The translations under genes and the position numbers were made by a program. The notes under the pieces are model-generated. The model was not told the origin of the DNA. It ran no database searches and was given only the letters and a program-made list of their open reading frames with translations. A DNA stretch of 54,765 nucleotides, from contig JANPLN010000045.1 in the NCBI GenBank assembly GCA_031426555.1, forward strand, positions 1-54,765. Direction: 5' to 3'. Below, piece after piece: positions 19,360 through 28,478 of this stretch. Origin of the DNA: Bdellovibrionales bacterium (lineage in GTDB: Bacteria; Bdellovibrionota; Bdellovibrionia; Bdellovibrionales; JAGQZY01). Every line of letters starts with the position of its first letter. Within the stretch, counting starts at the first letter, position 1.

Positions 19360-19758
19360 GTGGCAACGTTTCATATTCCCGAAGATTACTATTATACAAA
19401 AGATCATGAGTGGGCTCAGGTCGACGAGAACATCGTGACTGTAGGAATCACTGAGTATGCGCAAAACGCACTTGGCGAAGTGGTTTATGTGGACCTTCCT
19501 GAAGAGGGCGCAAAAGTCACGCAAGGCGAAGAGTTTGGTGTGGTTGAAAGCGTAAAAGCTGTGAGCGATTTGCTGGCTCCAGTATCGGGCACGGTGATCG
19601 AAGTAAACACCGGCCATACAGACGATCCAAGTCTGATCAACGACGACCCCATGAACGAGGGTTGGTTGATGAGAATCGAAATGGATTCCGAAAAGGAGCT
19701 GGCTAATTTGATGCGTGCTCCTGATTATAAAAAATTGATTTCTGATACAAAAAAGTAG
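19360..19758 (+). CDS. gcvH: Glycine cleavage system H protein
   Basis: YTKDHEW, GITEYAQNALG, lipoyl-Lys motif VESVKAVSD. Confidence 0.95.
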   Translation: MATFHIPEDYYYTKDHEWAQVDENIVTVGITEYAQNALGEVVYVDLPEEGAKVTQGEEFGVVESVKAVSDLLAPVSGTVIEVNTGHTDDPSLINDDPMNEGWLMRIEMDSEKELANLMRAPDYKKLISDTKK

Positions 19759-19798
19759 TAGTTTAAGAATCCCTGCCATGCGGGGATGATAATTTAAT

Positions 19799-19882
19799 GC
19801 CCGAGTGGTGGAATGGCAGACACGCTAGACTTAGGATCTAGTGCCGCAAGGTGTGCAGGTTCAAGTCCTGTCTCGGGTACCA
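19799..19882 (+). tRNA. tRNA-Leu, anticodon TAG
   Basis: GCCCGAG/CTCGGGT acceptor stem plus ACCA; anticodon arm CTAGA-CTTAGGA-TCTAG; long variable arm; GGTTCAAGTCC T-arm. Confidence 0.95.
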
Positions 19883-20098
19883 CTTCAAAATAAATAATGT
19901 TGTTCATTTTATTCCCCAAATTATTTCGTTCTATCGGTTGGTCGCTCTGCTATCAAGCGCCTAAATAATAAGCATTTATTTTTAGTAACCCTTGAGTGCA
20001 ACTTTTGTGAATAAATTCTTGTAAGCTAACGCAAAAATTATTTGACTGGGTGGTCGGGTCAATATGAACTATGCCAAATTAATTTTAAGGAGACTTAC

Positions 20099-20524
20099 AT
20101 GAAATTATTAGCCGCCGTTTTAGTTGCATTGGTTTTTACTGGATGCCAAACAATGCCTTACCAGCCCTATGCACGCGATGTAAAACGCATGCCCAATCAG
20201 GGCGGAGTGATTGCCCTTAAAACTGAGCACCGTGAAGAAGACCGTGCGAAAGCCGACATGATGATGCAAAAAAATTGTGGCGACACAGCTGTAAAGGTTA
20301 AAGAAGAGGGCGAAGTAGCCGTTGGTCAAACAACTAGTGGCAATGCTTCCGAAACTCGTGATGCTGGAACAACTGGTTCAAAAGTAGGAAGCCTTTTTGG
20401 AATGCCTTTGATGGCGGGCGCTACAGATGCAAGCAAGAATACAGCAACTACAACAACAACCACTGCAGTTAAAGAGTGGCAGATCGTTTATGATTGTGGT
20501 TCAAGCAAAACGAAAAAGAGATAG
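20099..20524 (+). CDS. Lipoprotein of unknown function
   Basis: RBS AAGGAG; MKLLAAVLVALVFTG|C lipobox. Confidence 0.85.
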   Translation: MKLLAAVLVALVFTGCQTMPYQPYARDVKRMPNQGGVIALKTEHREEDRAKADMMMQKNCGDTAVKVKEEGEVAVGQTTSGNASETRDAGTTGSKVGSLFGMPLMAGATDASKNTATTTTTTAVKEWQIVYDCGSSKTKKR

Positions 20525-20558
20525 TCCGTAAATATATCTGACTTGTTAAGTTTTAAGA

Positions 20559-20582
20559 GGGCCTCGATGGAGGCCTTTTTTT
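20559..20582 (+). terminator. Intrinsic terminator
   Basis: GGCCTC-GATG-GAGGCC followed by T7, downstream of the lipoprotein gene. Confidence 0.8.
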
Positions 20583-21396
20583 ATGAGGATTTTTGCACGT
20601 CGGACGAGACCGCAGATGATTGGGTTTCTACCTTTTTGGCGGGAACACCACCCCAAGTTTCATTATCAGGGATCACGGTTTTTGGCATGACCACAGAGTG
20701 CGGCATAATTTTTACGCCGTTACCGATGGTGACTCCACCCATGACCGAACTTTTTAGACCAATCGTACAGTCATCGCCAATGCGAACCGGCGCAATGATC
20801 AGAAGACCAGCCTGCCCATAGTGACCAACGATTGTCACCGAGCCACCAAGAGTCACTTTTTTCCCAAGGGTAATCATCGAGGGATCCGAAATATAAGTGG
20901 TGTTGATCACCGTGCCCTTGCCAATTTTCATCCCCATCATTTGAAAGAATAAATTTCCAAGTGGTGAAGGGGTAACGAAATCTAAAAACGTAAAACGCGG
21001 CAAATAGGTAAAGGCATTGTGCATAAACCACTTAAGAGCTTCGTACGAATAGTAGGGACCACGCCATGCTTTAAGATTCGTAAACATAATAAAGTTAAGA
21101 GCGGGCGCTACAAATAGTAAAGTGAGTCCATAGGCAAAAAAACCAGCGGCCAGCGAAAATGCGATAGTAAAGTTTTGAATAAAAGCCGATTGGGAAGCAG
21201 AAAGGTCTAAAAACCAGCGAAAAATATAAACGCTGGGTGTGAGGCATAAACCAATCACTAAGCAACCAAACAGGTAAACTGGCAGCATTGTTACGATGTG
21301 CGTAGCGACTTGAAAGCGTCGGAAAAGGACTTCGAAAAGTCCTTTGATGCCGGTATGCTTAGTGGTTTTTATATCAACATCAATTCGCTTATTCAT
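20581..21396 (-). CDS. Membrane protein with left-handed beta-helix (hexapeptide) acyltransferase-like domain
   Basis: Two N-terminal TM segments; MGMKIGKGTVIN, VRIGDDCTIG, TWGGVPAK. Confidence 0.8.
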   Translation of the reverse strand: MNKRIDVDIKTTKHTGIKGLFEVLFRRFQVATHIVTMLPVYLFGCLVIGLCLTPSVYIFRWFLDLSASQSAFIQNFTIAFSLAAGFFAYGLTLLFVAPALNFIMFTNLKAWRGPYYSYEALKWFMHNAFTYLPRFTFLDFVTPSPLGNLFFQMMGMKIGKGTVINTTYISDPSMITLGKKVTLGGSVTIVGHYGQAGLLIIAPVRIGDDCTIGLKSSVMGGVTIGNGVKIMPHSVVMPKTVIPDNETWGGVPAKKVETQSSAVSSDVQKSS

Positions 21397-21405
21397 AGAA
21401 GCCTT

Positions 21406-22356
21406 TTATGTGGAGAGTTTTACGCTGGAAGGTACATCGCCGAATTTATCTTTAAAAGCCTCGGAGAAAGCTCCAAAGTTTTCGTAGCCGACAAGGAGTG
21501 CTACATCGCCCACGGGGTGTTGACCTGATTTGAGAAGTCGCAGCGCCTCCTCGAGACGGCGATTCTTTATATACGTGTAGGGCGTTACGCCGACGTCAGC
21601 CTTAAATTTACGCAACAAGGTTGAAACACTCGCGTTCGAAATTCGAGCGACGTCATCCAATTCGAAATGATCAAAAAGATTCGCTTCGATATATCGAAGA
21701 GCCCGCACCGAAACCGATTCGTCCGGGTTATCCGAGGTTTGAGAATCAGCGTGTAACGATCGCTCTTTTTCTGGATGAAAGGCTGTATACAAAACTTCCT
21801 CGAGAATGCGTCGACCAAGAACTTGCGTGGCTTCTTTGTCATACTCGTTTTTATTTTTGCTTAAAACAACCCGTTCAAAAAAATACCCCTGGAAAATAGA
21901 ATCAACAAGTGGAACACGAGGAATCTTGATAACTTCGGTGGTTAGGTGGTTGACCTGCGCCAGAGTGAGATTGAGTTTTGTTGCGGCAGTTTCAATCATT
22001 TCACTGGAGGGAAAGAAAGCTGTAGTGTCGTAAATCGAGGACATACCTTCATCATCGTGGACGAGATCCTTGGGAACCGACAAGACTGTCTCATAGTCCA
22101 CCGTGTACTTGTTGTGAGGGTTCTTCGTTCGAACCTCCATGACACTAGACCCGCGTGGAAAGATGAGCATGAGGCGATCATGCGTGTGAAAGTCTTTAAA
22201 GTACTGGGTACATCGTTCGTAAGCGAACCCCATGGGCTGGGTGAAGTCGACAATCTGCTCGAGCAAGCAGCCCGCAGGGACGATGTCGAAACCTTCCCAC
22301 TGATATTTTTTTCCAAGCATGATTGACGATTTAACCGAAATCTCTGCCAATTTCAA
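21406..22356 (-). CDS. AraC family transcriptional regulator
   Basis: Cupin-like FHTHDR; C-terminal double HTH TPYTYIKNRRLEEA...VALLVGYENFGAFSEAFK. Confidence 0.9.
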   Translation of the reverse strand: MKLAEISVKSSIMLGKKYQWEGFDIVPAGCLLEQIVDFTQPMGFAYERCTQYFKDFHTHDRLMLIFPRGSSVMEVRTKNPHNKYTVDYETVLSVPKDLVHDDEGMSSIYDTTAFFPSSEMIETAATKLNLTLAQVNHLTTEVIKIPRVPLVDSIFQGYFFERVVLSKNKNEYDKEATQVLGRRILEEVLYTAFHPEKERSLHADSQTSDNPDESVSVRALRYIEANLFDHFELDDVARISNASVSTLLRKFKADVGVTPYTYIKNRRLEEALRLLKSGQHPVGDVALLVGYENFGAFSEAFKDKFGDVPSSVKLST

Positions 22357-22443
22357 CGGCGCAAAATTAATGGAACCTGATTATGATTAGGGAGTAACAA
22401 ATCAAGTCGCTGCCATCTCAGCTAGGATCTCCATAATGCTCTT

Positions 22444-22542
22444 AAGTGGCGAGAGAGTGTTTCTCGAGCGGTACAAGCTTCTCCTATTGGTCACGAATTG
22501 CGCAGAGCCCCATTTTGCTTGTATGGGGCCCCTGCATTTTTT
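22444..22542 (+). ncRNA. Candidate ~100-nt small RNA
   Basis: CTGCCA-N16-CATAAT (22410-22437) upstream; + strand terminator GCAGAGCCCCAT-loop-ATGGGGCCCCTGC-ATTTTTT; both flanking genes are on the minus strand. Confidence 0.35.
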
Positions 22543-22557
22543 AAAGCGCAAGACTAT

Positions 22558-22866
22558 CTACTCCGCTACCGACGACTCACTCACAATGGTTTCCTGAGAA
22601 TCACTCAAAGTATTTCCGTCGTAGATTGCTGTTGGTTTCCGCTTTGCTTTCTTTTTTGTCGATTGAACAATTTCGACAGAGGCCGCGAGTTTCTGCGCCC
22701 TTTGATCTTCATCCGATGTCTGCAGAGCAGAGCTCAGATTTGCATTGAGAGTGGAATCTTTTTCGATATCGAGACGGCTGAAGTTTTGATAGGTAAATGC
22801 GATCGGACTCAACACCGCTAAAATCATAATAGTAAAAAACGTTTTCTTTAAATTCATTTTTTTCAT
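22558..22866 (-). CDS. Small exported protein
   Basis: RBS GAGGTG; MKKMNLKKTFFTIMILAVLSPIAFTYQNF signal; TCCGATAA upstream (22884-22891, minus strand). Confidence 0.75.
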   Translation of the reverse strand: MKKMNLKKTFFTIMILAVLSPIAFTYQNFSRLDIEKDSTLNANLSSALQTSDEDQRAQKLAASVEIVQSTKKKAKRKPTAIYDGNTLSDSQETIVSESSVAE

Positions 22867-23004
22867 AAATTCACCTCGACTCCTTATCGGACGTCGAGGC
22901 GCAATGAAGCTAATAAACAGTGGGCCTGTATCAAGATGGATCAATTTCGAAAAAAAATGAATCCATCTTGAGATAAGTGACATAAATTCGACAAAAAATA
23001 CGAA

Positions 23005-24207
23005 TTAAAACTTAAGGACGTTTCGAGTCACGTGGGAAACTTTGTTCCAATCAATTTGGCTGTCTGTTGCCGCTTGAGGGACGCCTAAATAAATCACATC
23101 CCAACTGTAGTCTTTGCCGGCTTGAATCAAGCTTTGTGCCGCCAAGGGGATTTGGAATGTTTGCTGCCAGCCCATTTCTTGAGTGCTCCACAAAGTCTTT
23201 TTGAAATCGATGGGAAAGGTCGCAGTGCCGCCAGCTGTGACTTCAGATAAAATCAACGTTGTCGCGTAGGGAGTAACACTAGCGATGGTTGTGGGAAGAG
23301 TTGTTTGTACTAGCCACTTTGTTTTGTCAAATACTGGCGCTGAAATCATCGGTAAAAACTCAGGAGTATTCACCGCCGCTGCTTGCGTAAAATGATAGCT
23401 CACTTGCGCCAATGGTGATGTCGCACGCTCCAGGGAGTAAGAACCAAACATGCCGCTTAAGATATTTCCATCGAACGTTTCGCGAAAACTGCGTTTTGGA
23501 GCGTTCATCATCAGAGCCAAATTCCAGTGCTCGGAGCCTTCGTTGGTGACGAGGTTTTGGATTTTTCCGCTGCCTACTTTTTTGATGTCCGTTGGATAAA
23601 AGAAACCATTCTCCTTGAGTAACGAAAATGAAATCAATGTTTTGGTGTTGGCATAAGTTGGCGCTTTGACAGAGTAAGTTCCTGCAAAGGTCCATGCATC
23701 CATCGGAAGCGCAAGGCCGCTCACATCACCCTTCACTGGCACAGTGGTCATTGCACCGCTTAAAAAAGTAAAGTGCTCAACGAGTTCAAAAAGCGATTTG
23801 TCGTTTTGAAAGCCTTTTACCATTTCGTTGAGGGGAAATTTTCCGTAGAGAGCATACATGTTGTAAATTCCATCACCTTCCACATAGGCGCGAAATTCGG
23901 GTTTGTTGAGGTTTATGGAGATAAAATATTTTTCTGTTTGTGGGGGCAGACTTAAATTACTTGGTAGCTCCACGGTGTACGAAGCAACTTTGAGGCTGTC
24001 GTTGGCAGGGCTGATGACTTTGCCGAGATTGAAGTGGATCATTTCTTGCTGAGTCATTCCAGGAATAACGAGGGCAAAATCCACCAAGCCGTCCATGTTT
24101 TTAGTGACAATGCCAGTCACTGTGCCTTTGAGCTCGTGCGTGGGTGTCTGCGCCGCTGCGGAGAGACTAAATAGTAAAATTGTTAGAATTGAGATTCCTA
24201 TTTTCAT
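23005..24207 (-). CDS. Secreted beta-rich hypothetical protein
   Basis: RBS AAGGAG; signal peptide ending SAAA|Q; C-terminal Phe. Confidence 0.8.
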   Translation of the reverse strand: MKIGISILTILLFSLSAAAQTPTHELKGTVTGIVTKNMDGLVDFALVIPGMTQQEMIHFNLGKVISPANDSLKVASYTVELPSNLSLPPQTEKYFISINLNKPEFRAYVEGDGIYNMYALYGKFPLNEMVKGFQNDKSLFELVEHFTFLSGAMTTVPVKGDVSGLALPMDAWTFAGTYSVKAPTYANTKTLISFSLLKENGFFYPTDIKKVGSGKIQNLVTNEGSEHWNLALMMNAPKRSFRETFDGNILSGMFGSYSLERATSPLAQVSYHFTQAAAVNTPEFLPMISAPVFDKTKWLVQTTLPTTIASVTPYATTLILSEVTAGGTATFPIDFKKTLWSTQEMGWQQTFQIPLAAQSLIQAGKDYSWDVIYLGVPQAATDSQIDWNKVSHVTRNVLKF

Positions 24208-24281
24208 GATAAAACTCCTTGTTTTGCCCTGGGGGCGAACTCACTCCGTGAGCATTTTTATAAATGTACCTCGGATTGCAC

Positions 24282-25265
24282 TTAAGGCAAAAGCTTTTTG
24301 AGTTCGCTGTATTCGAGAATGGTTTTTTGCATGACTGCGTCTATGGTGAGGAGCTCATCAATGCTACCGACGCCGTGGCCGGCTGAATAGATACTCTTGT
24401 AAGAAACTTTTTGTTTCTCGCCACCAAACATCACACGTGCTGCCCGCGCCAGAGAGATCCAGCGCTTTACTTTTGGGCTCTGGCTAAGCACGCTGTCGAT
24501 GAGATTGGGTTTTAGGAGAGTTTCAAGAAGCGGTGTCTTGATAAAATTGCCGTCAAATCCATCGACGCGGTCGGTGTTAATAATGTCGTCGGCTTTGGCT
24601 TGAAGAATGGCTTGTTTGTACTCTTGCGACGCCGGAGACTCTTGCGTGGCAATCATGCGAGTTCCCATATAAACGGCATCCGCACCCAAAGCGAGCGCCG
24701 CAAGCAGCCCTTTGCCATCGCCAATGGCGCCGGCGGCGATCAACGGAAGATTTGTATGCTTTTTGAGGGTGGGAAGAAGGGCGAAGAGCGAAGTTTCGCC
24801 AGCGTGACCACCGGCGCCACTGCCCACGGCGATAAGTCCATCGGCGCCGAGATCTGCCACTTTTTTTGCGTGGGTTAATCCAACCACATCGCAAAACACT
24901 TTGGTTTTAGTTCCGCGGACGCGCTCGATAATAGTTTTTGGACTTCCTAAAGATGTAATAATCAATGGTACACCTTCCTCCAGCGCAATTTGCAGATGCT
25001 CCTCTTGAATTTTATTTTTCTTCTGCACGATAATATTAATTCCAAAGGGCTTGGTGGTTTGAGCTTTGATATCGCGAATGGCTTGGCGATAATTTTCGAT
25101 GGGTCGAAAGTTGAGCGCCGGAAAGGTTCCAATGCCGCCGGCGTTGCTTGCGGCCGTGACCATCTTTAGATCGCTCACCAAAAACATTGGTGCGGCGATG
25201 ATGGGATAGTCGATGTTAAATAACTCGGTGATGCGTGTTTTTATGGGGCTTGCTTTGCTGCTCAT
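24282..25265 (-). CDS. Nitronate monooxygenase / FabK-like flavin oxidoreductase
   Basis: YPIIAAPM, PFGIN, AGGHAG, IAAGAIGDG, ALGADAVYMGTR. Confidence 0.9.
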   Translation of the reverse strand: MSSKASPIKTRITELFNIDYPIIAAPMFLVSDLKMVTAASNAGGIGTFPALNFRPIENYRQAIRDIKAQTTKPFGINIIVQKKNKIQEEHLQIALEEGVPLIITSLGSPKTIIERVRGTKTKVFCDVVGLTHAKKVADLGADGLIAVGSGAGGHAGETSLFALLPTLKKHTNLPLIAAGAIGDGKGLLAALALGADAVYMGTRMIATQESPASQEYKQAILQAKADDIINTDRVDGFDGNFIKTPLLETLLKPNLIDSVLSQSPKVKRWISLARAARVMFGGEKQKVSYKSIYSAGHGVGSIDELLTIDAVMQKTILEYSELKKLLP

Positions 25266-25285
25266 AGTTTTTTATTCTGCCTTTG

Positions 25286-25768
25286 ATGTTAAATGGAATC
25301 ACGAGTTTTATTTCGGACACAACCAAAAAAACCTGGCTCATGCGTGGCTTTGGGCTGACCAAGGTGCCACTCTTATTTATGTGCTCACCGCGCATCGTGC
25401 GCTTGGATGATGATGTTTGCGAAGTGCTCATTCCTTTTCGTAAAATTGTGAAGAACCATGTGGGCAGTATGTATTTTGGCGCCATGGCCATTGGCGCTGA
25501 CACCTGTGTAGGAATGCACGCAGTGGATAAAATTTCAAAGAGCAAAAAAAACGTCGGTTTTATTTTTAAGGATTTTAAAGCGCAGTTTTTAAAACGCGCC
25601 GAAGGAGATGCTCTTTTTGTTTGTGATGAGGGCAAAGCCGTCCAAGACTTGATCGACGAGGTGCTGCGAACAGGCGAACGCGCCCATAAACCCATAAAAG
25701 CCCGTGCCGTAGTTCGCGGCGAAACCGTCGCCGAGTTTGAGTTAACCCTGTCTCTCAAGGTCAAATAA
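25286..25768 (+). CDS. Hotdog-fold thioesterase-like protein (DUF4442/YiiD-like)
   Basis: KNHVGSMYFGA, FKAQFLKRAEGD. The ATG at 25286 is preceded by TTGCTT-N17-TATTCT-N7. Confidence 0.8.
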   Translation: MLNGITSFISDTTKKTWLMRGFGLTKVPLLFMCSPRIVRLDDDVCEVLIPFRKIVKNHVGSMYFGAMAIGADTCVGMHAVDKISKSKKNVGFIFKDFKAQFLKRAEGDALFVCDEGKAVQDLIDEVLRTGERAHKPIKARAVVRGETVAEFELTLSLKVK

Positions 25769-25772
25769 TTCC

Positions 25773-25812
25773 AAAAGGTACGCCGTACCGCTTGCGGTAC
25801 GGCGTACCTTTT
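25773..25812. repeat. Perfect 19-bp-arm palindrome (REP-like)
   Basis: AAAAGGTACGCCGTACCGC-TT-GCGGTACGGCGTACCTTTT. Confidence 0.85.
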
Positions 25813-25919
25813 CGGGGCCCGGCGCGTTAAAAAATAATTACAATTTTTTCGGATTTTTAAATCCGTTTTCGTATTTCCTGCATCTAACAGGTAAAGAAAC
25901 ACTCTGTTGGAGGGGTAAA

Positions 25920-26771
25920 ATGACTCAAATGATTAAAAATGTGACTGCTTTTATGGGTTTTGGATTTGTGGCCTTTATGCATGTTTATTTCGTGCTGCTT
26001 TTGTTGGCAAAGCCAGCGCTGGCCGAAGAGAAGGTGCAGAAGGTGGTTGTTGAAACTATGGCAGCGGATGCAGGTTCTGTCCCCACGCCTCCGACACCTC
26101 CTTCGCCGACCACAGATCGCGATTCTGCCGGTGAAGATGCTGACGATGACAAAATGGTGCTTAAAAATATGGGATCCAAGCAGTTTAATTTTAAAATCAA
26201 CGACGAAAAGGGCATGATCAAGATTGATAAAAATGGAATTCAGATTAGCGAAGTAAAATCTGATGAGGACGAAGATGGCGATGACGTGGCCACCGTAGTT
26301 TCCAGTTTTAAAAATCTCAATAAAACCAGCGAATGGGCGGATGTCTTAGAGGATGTACTCGTTCCCATCGTTCTGTTTTTAAGCGCCTTTGGATTTGCGG
26401 GGTACTATGTTTACGCAAAATCACGAACTCGTCGCGACTATTTGGATACAATCAAAGCGCTCGCTCAGAGTGGACAGCCCATTCCGCCGGAACTTTTGGC
26501 GAACATGAATGCCACGGTTGGGAGCTCGAAAACTCCATCGGCGGGACAAACTCCCTACGACGCAAATACCATGCAGGGTGTGAAGTATATCTTTTGGGGA
26601 ATCGGCATCGCCGGAATGATGACACTGATCTCTAACGGAAATATTGCCTATGCCATTGGATTTTTGTTCATCATGATGGGTGCCTTTCACATTTACACTT
26701 CGCAAATGATGCAAAAACAAAAAGCAACGGACACCACTGCCGCTACGACACCCGAAACTAAGACACCTTAA
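25920..26771 (+). CDS. Membrane protein upstream of ECF sigma (DUF6249-like)
   Basis: Signal/TM, acidic linker, TM VPIVLF, ALAQSGQPIPPELL, two C-terminal TMs; RBS GGAGG. Confidence 0.7.
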   Translation: MTQMIKNVTAFMGFGFVAFMHVYFVLLLLAKPALAEEKVQKVVVETMAADAGSVPTPPTPPSPTTDRDSAGEDADDDKMVLKNMGSKQFNFKINDEKGMIKIDKNGIQISEVKSDEDEDGDDVATVVSSFKNLNKTSEWADVLEDVLVPIVLFLSAFGFAGYYVYAKSRTRRDYLDTIKALAQSGQPIPPELLANMNATVGSSKTPSAGQTPYDANTMQGVKYIFWGIGIAGMMTLISNGNIAYAIGFLFIMMGAFHIYTSQMMQKQKATDTTAATTPETKTP

Positions 26772-26798
26772 TAAATAAATTAAACAGACGGGTGTAGT

Positions 26799-27308
26799 AT
26801 GTCGACAGATGCAGAGCTAATAGCTCAAGTCTTCATGGATGATGATCGGCAAGCCTTTGAAACTCTTGTGCAAAAACATCAGTCACGCCTACGCAGTTTT
26901 TTTCGCAAGATGTGCGGGGGCGACGAGATGCTCGCTGATGACTTGTCCCAAGAAACGTTTTCAAAAGCTTACCGCGGAATGCAAAGTTACCAAGGGCAGT
27001 CGCAGTTTATAACCTGGTTGTTTGCGATTGCTAAAAATGTGTTTTACGAGCACATCCGCCGCAGCGAGGCGTTCACGGACCTGCCCGAGGCCATGGAGGC
27101 GGGTGCCGAAACTGGCCAGGACTTGAAGATGGATATGGCCCGCTGTATGCTCAAATTGGATGCTCAGGAGAGAATGATTCTCACGCTGTCGTACATGGAT
27201 GGGTTGTCGCAAACGGAAGTGGCAGAGTTGATGGGTATCCCACTTGGAACAGTAAAAACCAATTCGCTGCGCGCTAAAGAAAAACTCAAAACTCTTTTGT
27301 CGGCCTGA
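26799..27308 (+). CDS. ECF-type sigma-70 factor
   Basis: AFETLV, ADDLSQETF, FITWLFAIAKN (region 2); LSQTEVAELMGIPLGTVKT (region 4). Confidence 0.95.
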   Translation: MSTDAELIAQVFMDDDRQAFETLVQKHQSRLRSFFRKMCGGDEMLADDLSQETFSKAYRGMQSYQGQSQFITWLFAIAKNVFYEHIRRSEAFTDLPEAMEAGAETGQDLKMDMARCMLKLDAQERMILTLSYMDGLSQTEVAELMGIPLGTVKTNSLRAKEKLKTLLSA

Positions 27309-27328
27309 GATTAGGTGATGAGGATTGT

Positions 27329-27679
27329 ATGAAAAATGATTTAGACTCCATGTTAGAAAATTTCCTGATGGACAACGATGTCGAGGACAACGGATTTTCA
27401 CAAAATGTGATGCAGCAACTTCCGAAACGGGCTGCGTGGGCGTGGATAAAAGATTTTGTGCCGGCTTTCGCCTTTAGTGCTTTGTGTGTCTTTGCCTGGA
27501 ATTACCACCAGCTAGTTATGAAATCTTTTTTTATGTACCGCTCTGAATTTTACCAATGGTTTAGCGCCAACATCAGCACCGCTTCGATCTCGATCAATTA
27601 CACAACTCTGGCTGCTGTTGGCGTGATCGCGGCCTATTTTATCCTCGAAAAAGTCATGCATGAAATCGAAACGTTTTGA
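27329..27679 (+). CDS. Putative membrane anti-sigma factor (DUF5056-like)
   Basis: DNGFSQNVMQQLP followed by TM helices, directly after the ECF gene. Confidence 0.7.
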   Translation: MKNDLDSMLENFLMDNDVEDNGFSQNVMQQLPKRAAWAWIKDFVPAFAFSALCVFAWNYHQLVMKSFFMYRSEFYQWFSANISTASISINYTTLAAVGVIAAYFILEKVMHEIETF

Positions 27680-27690
27680 CGCAAATCTCA

Positions 27691-27717
27691 ACCAAAAGGT
27701 ACGGCGTACCTTTTGGT
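27691..27717. repeat. Palindrome of the same family as 25773 (possible bidirectional terminator)
   Basis: ACCAAAAGGTAC-GGC-GTACCTTTTGGT between convergent genes. Confidence 0.8.
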
Positions 27718-27719
27718 GA

Positions 27720-28415
27720 TCACCTTTTAGCGGAGGTGGATTCGCGTTTGTAGGCGAAGCCTTTGCGTTTTTCGACGGTGAAGCCGGCGGCGGTAAGGGC
27801 GCGGCGGAGTTCGCCGGTGCAGGCGTAGGTGGACATAAAGCACGGGGTGCTGGCTGTGCGCTTGAAAAAATCGTGCAAGAAATCTGCAGTCCACAACTCG
27901 GGGCTGGTTTTGGCGCAAAAGGCATCGAACAGAATTCCATTCGTTGGAGACAGATCTGTTTGCAAACCCACCGGCCCTTCGATGCTTAAAATTTCTTTGG
28001 CTAAAAAGTCTTTTAGCTGCTCTAAAATTTCTGTTTCAGAAAATTGATACTTTTGCGCGTACATTTTAACGATTTGATCGTAGACGGGGTTTAGGGGTGA
28101 AGTATCTCGCTGAATCCAGGCGTTAAAATAATCTCGTAGCTCTGTTACCAATTCAAAACTTCGCACCACTGTTGGCTGCTTTTTTTGCGCCAAAGATTCG
28201 CAAGCAATTAAGATTTCGTTGTACCCAAGCCCCAATCCCAGGGAAAGGAAGGTCGGGGACGCTGAGTGAGTGAATGCCAGCTCAACTGTGGGCTGATAAA
28301 TATAAAGGGTTTCGCTGAAGGCGCCTTCAAGGGAATGCATGGGTTCACCTGTTGGCGGAAGGCTCAAAGTGGGGCTTCCATCCGCAGTTCTTATATTTTT
28401 GAACTCAAACGTCAT
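27720..28415 (-). CDS. mnmD: Stand-alone MnmC-type methyltransferase domain (MnmD) for tRNA mnm5(s2)U34
   Basis: TADGSPTL, EPMHS..GAFSE, LGLGLGYN, FDAF...SPELWT, STYA, RRAL..AGF.V.KRKG...KRE. No FAD oxidase domain. Confidence 0.85.
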   Translation of the reverse strand: MTFEFKNIRTADGSPTLSLPPTGEPMHSLEGAFSETLYIYQPTVELAFTHSASPTFLSLGLGLGYNEILIACESLAQKKQPTVVRSFELVTELRDYFNAWIQRDTSPLNPVYDQIVKMYAQKYQFSETEILEQLKDFLAKEILSIEGPVGLQTDLSPTNGILFDAFCAKTSPELWTADFLHDFFKRTASTPCFMSTYACTGELRRALTAAGFTVEKRKGFAYKRESTSAKR

Positions 28416-28478
28416 TAGCTAGCCCATCTACAAAGCTTTATCAGTTGCCAGAACTGCCGGTTTTCGCTACTTAATGCT

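Noticed and set aside
19799..19882. tRNA with TAG in the anticodon loop as an amber suppressor explaining the interrupted regulator
   Set aside because: Anticodon 5'-TAG-3' reads CTA (Leu). An amber suppressor needs anticodon CTA.
22931..22971. 11-bp inverted repeat TCAAGATGGAT...ATCCATCTTGA as a distinct element
   Set aside because: Single occurrence that could be an operator or weak terminator; not enough to assign.
19883..25000. Genomic island integrated at tRNA-Leu
   Set aside because: No integrase and no duplicated tRNA 3' end seen downstream.
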